A DNA stretch of 35,617 nt from a virus (taxonomy: Duplodnaviria; Caudoviricetes), in the IMG/VR virus record IMGVR_UViG_3300033076_000376, positions 1 to 35,617 of that record; one strand, 5' to 3'. Shown piece by piece: positions 34,109 through 35,617 of this stretch (position 1 is its first letter; each line of letters opens with the position of its first letter). Made by a program: the position numbers and the translations under genes. The notes below the pieces were generated by a model. That model did not search any database and was not told where the DNA came from. It saw only the letters and a list, made by a program, of their open reading frames with translations.

Positions 34109-35367
34109 TATGCTGCCTTCCACTGAGAGGTATTAGCGCCTTCGATAGTGGTTGGGTCCTTGGTAACAAGGACTGCGTTTTTTAATCCAAAAGAGTTAAC
34201 TTGAGTTCCACCATTTTCAAGGGCTGCATTTAAGTTTACCGTTCCAACGAGGTTTGCACCCCTGCTTCTGAAAGCACTTTCTTGGGTATCTCCCAATCCG
34301 TCAGTAGCAATTGTCAAATCCATTTGATAATCACCAATTTTGTGGAACATGTGCTGGGCTTCTCTAACCATCCAGAACCCATCAGTAAGTTCTCCAGTAC
34401 CGCTAATAAATACTGTGCCAAAAGGCCTAATTCTTGGGTCTCCTTGGCACTTGACTTTAGCGGGAATGTTAAATCTAGCAAGCTCAGCCGAGCCAGTTGC
34501 TAATGCTTGAGCTGCCACGCTGGAGTGGGCAACTCTATCTGAACGGTATTCGGAAAATAGAACGTCTGCAACACTTGTTCGTAGGGATGCTCCAGAATTT
34601 GCTGGACTAGCATTTTCGGTGTAATACTTAGCTGTTAGTGGGTCAACACCACCCACGTTTTTAACAGTACGGAAGTCGTTAGAGTCCTCAATGTTGTCAC
34701 CACTGAGAACCTTAAAGTAGTCAAGTGTTCTATCTAGATACTGAGTATTAAATGCAGCGCCTGTATTGCCGATACTTAATACTGGGGCATCAGAGAACCA
34801 TAGGTCAATAATTTTGTCTAAAGGCTTGAACACGAAGTTCATTCCGTCTACTACAACTCCATAACCAATTCTTTTAGCTTGTTCTTGAATCCATTCCCAA
34901 TAAGAACTTCCAGCAATAGCTAGCTGTGGGAACACTGGTTCGGAAGGTACTCCGCCAACATAGTTAAACCCAAATTCAGTAGCAAGCTGTTCTACAACAT
35001 CGGTTACTCGAACATCTGTGAATACTCTTGTTGAACGCTGCTTCATAAGGAACGTAGCAGACACACAAGTAATTGTCATTAGATTAGTTCGCTGAGCGGC
35101 ATCTACCTTAGAAATGCTAGAAACATAGCCAACCCAGTATCTAGTAAGGGTATCTTGAGTCCAGCTAAACTGAATTGGAGCTCCAGTAGTTATTGTTTTA
35201 AACCACAGTGGGCTAACAGCGTAGAACTCCATGACTAAGATGTCATGGTTATTTCTTTTCTGGTATAGGTCAACTCTTGACGGTTGAAATGTCAAAGACG
35301 GAAGCGTTGGGAACGTAACTTTAAAGTTAGTCCCTCTACGGAACTTAGTAGATACGATACTAGACAT
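34108..35367 (-). CDS. Baseplate hub protein (P2 gpD / T4 gp27-like)
   Basis: Q...SYWEWIQEQAKRIGY, GDPRIRP..TV.I.G..DG.W.V....H; start moved to MSSIVST (35367). Confidence 0.82.
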   Translation of the reverse strand: MSSIVSTKFRRGTNFKVTFPTLPSLTFQPSRVDLYQKRNNHDILVMEFYAVSPLWFKTITTGAPIQFSWTQDTLTRYWVGYVSSISKVDAAQRTNLMTITCVSATFLMKQRSTRVFTDVRVTDVVEQLATEFGFNYVGGVPSEPVFPQLAIAGSSYWEWIQEQAKRIGYGVVVDGMNFVFKPLDKIIDLWFSDAPVLSIGNTGAAFNTQYLDRTLDYFKVLSGDNIEDSNDFRTVKNVGGVDPLTAKYYTENASPANSGASLRTSVADVLFSEYRSDRVAHSSVAAQALATGSAELARFNIPAKVKCQGDPRIRPFGTVFISGTGELTDGFWMVREAQHMFHKIGDYQMDLTIATDGLGDTQESAFRSRGANLVGTVNLNAALENGGTQVNSFGLKNAVLVTKDPTTIEGANTSQWKAA

Positions 35368-35617
35368 TCGGAATCCTAATCGTAGCTCCAACAGGAATGC
35401 TGAATGGGTCAATGATTTCTGGATTAGCGTCCATAATTCTCCACCAAAAAGCGGGACTGCCAAGCAAAGAGTTAGAGACCATGTCAATGCGGTCACCCTC
35501 TACCCAAGTGTATGAGTAAAACTCTCGTTTTTCTTCTGGGAATTGACGGTACACCGCTAGTCGATACTGTCCTGTACGAGCATCCTGAGCTTTTAGAATC
35601 AATCCGTTTGCGTAACG
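35360..35617 (-). CDS. Tail tube initiator / gpX LysM-like protein, 5' end outside the window
   Basis: YTWVEGDRIDMVS...LG....WWRIMDANPEI.DP..I..G..IRIP; frame open to the window edge. Confidence 0.85.
   Translation of the reverse strand, partial: RYANGLILKAQDARTGQYRLAVYRQFPEEKREFYSYTWVEGDRIDMVSNSLLGSPAFWWRIMDANPEIIDPFSIPVGATIRIPNV

Noticed and set aside
1-35617. tRNA/rRNA genes, integrase or stop-codon reassignment
   Set aside because: Intergenic gaps are short and lack cloverleaf patterns; no recombinase seen; genes are full length in the standard code with TAA, TAG and TGA all used as stops.

Overview
This is a 35.6 kb segment of a large contractile-tailed (myovirus-type) dsDNA phage. WhiB, TANNNT and leaderless promoters and moderate GC suggest a low-GC actinobacterial host. 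Essentially all genes are on the minus strand and are tightly packed with TAATG/ATGA overlaps. In transcription order (right to left) there are five modules. (1) Baseplate: gpX/LysM, gpD hub, gp25/W, gpJ wedge, gp5/V OB-fold spike and a gpI/CBM tail protein. (2) A self-sufficient replisome: HTH initiator with an internal ori-like region, DnaC-like loader, DnaB, primase, SNF2 helicase, MerR-like HTH, gp32-like SSB and family A polymerase. (3) Recombination and regulation: RecA, PD-(D/E)XK nucleases, WhiB, Cas4-like exonuclease, dNMP kinase, RuvC and SpoVS. (4) About 6 kb of small Gly/Ala/His-rich unknown proteins, including an HhH-GPD glycosylase-like enzyme. (5) A nucleotidyltransferase, Cys-rich microprotein, HAD-like protein and TGT/DpdA-fold fusion, followed by a class II ribonucleotide reductase. 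The main highlights are a DpdA/TGT-fold protein apparently lacking its nucleophile and fused to a Cys4/helical domain, nested 'Russian-doll' repeats inside the baseplate wedge, apparent genome-wide loss of GATC, CCGG and CGCG, and RNA hairpins positioned to control spoVS and polA translation. All family calls come from motif recognition by eye; no database searches were run.
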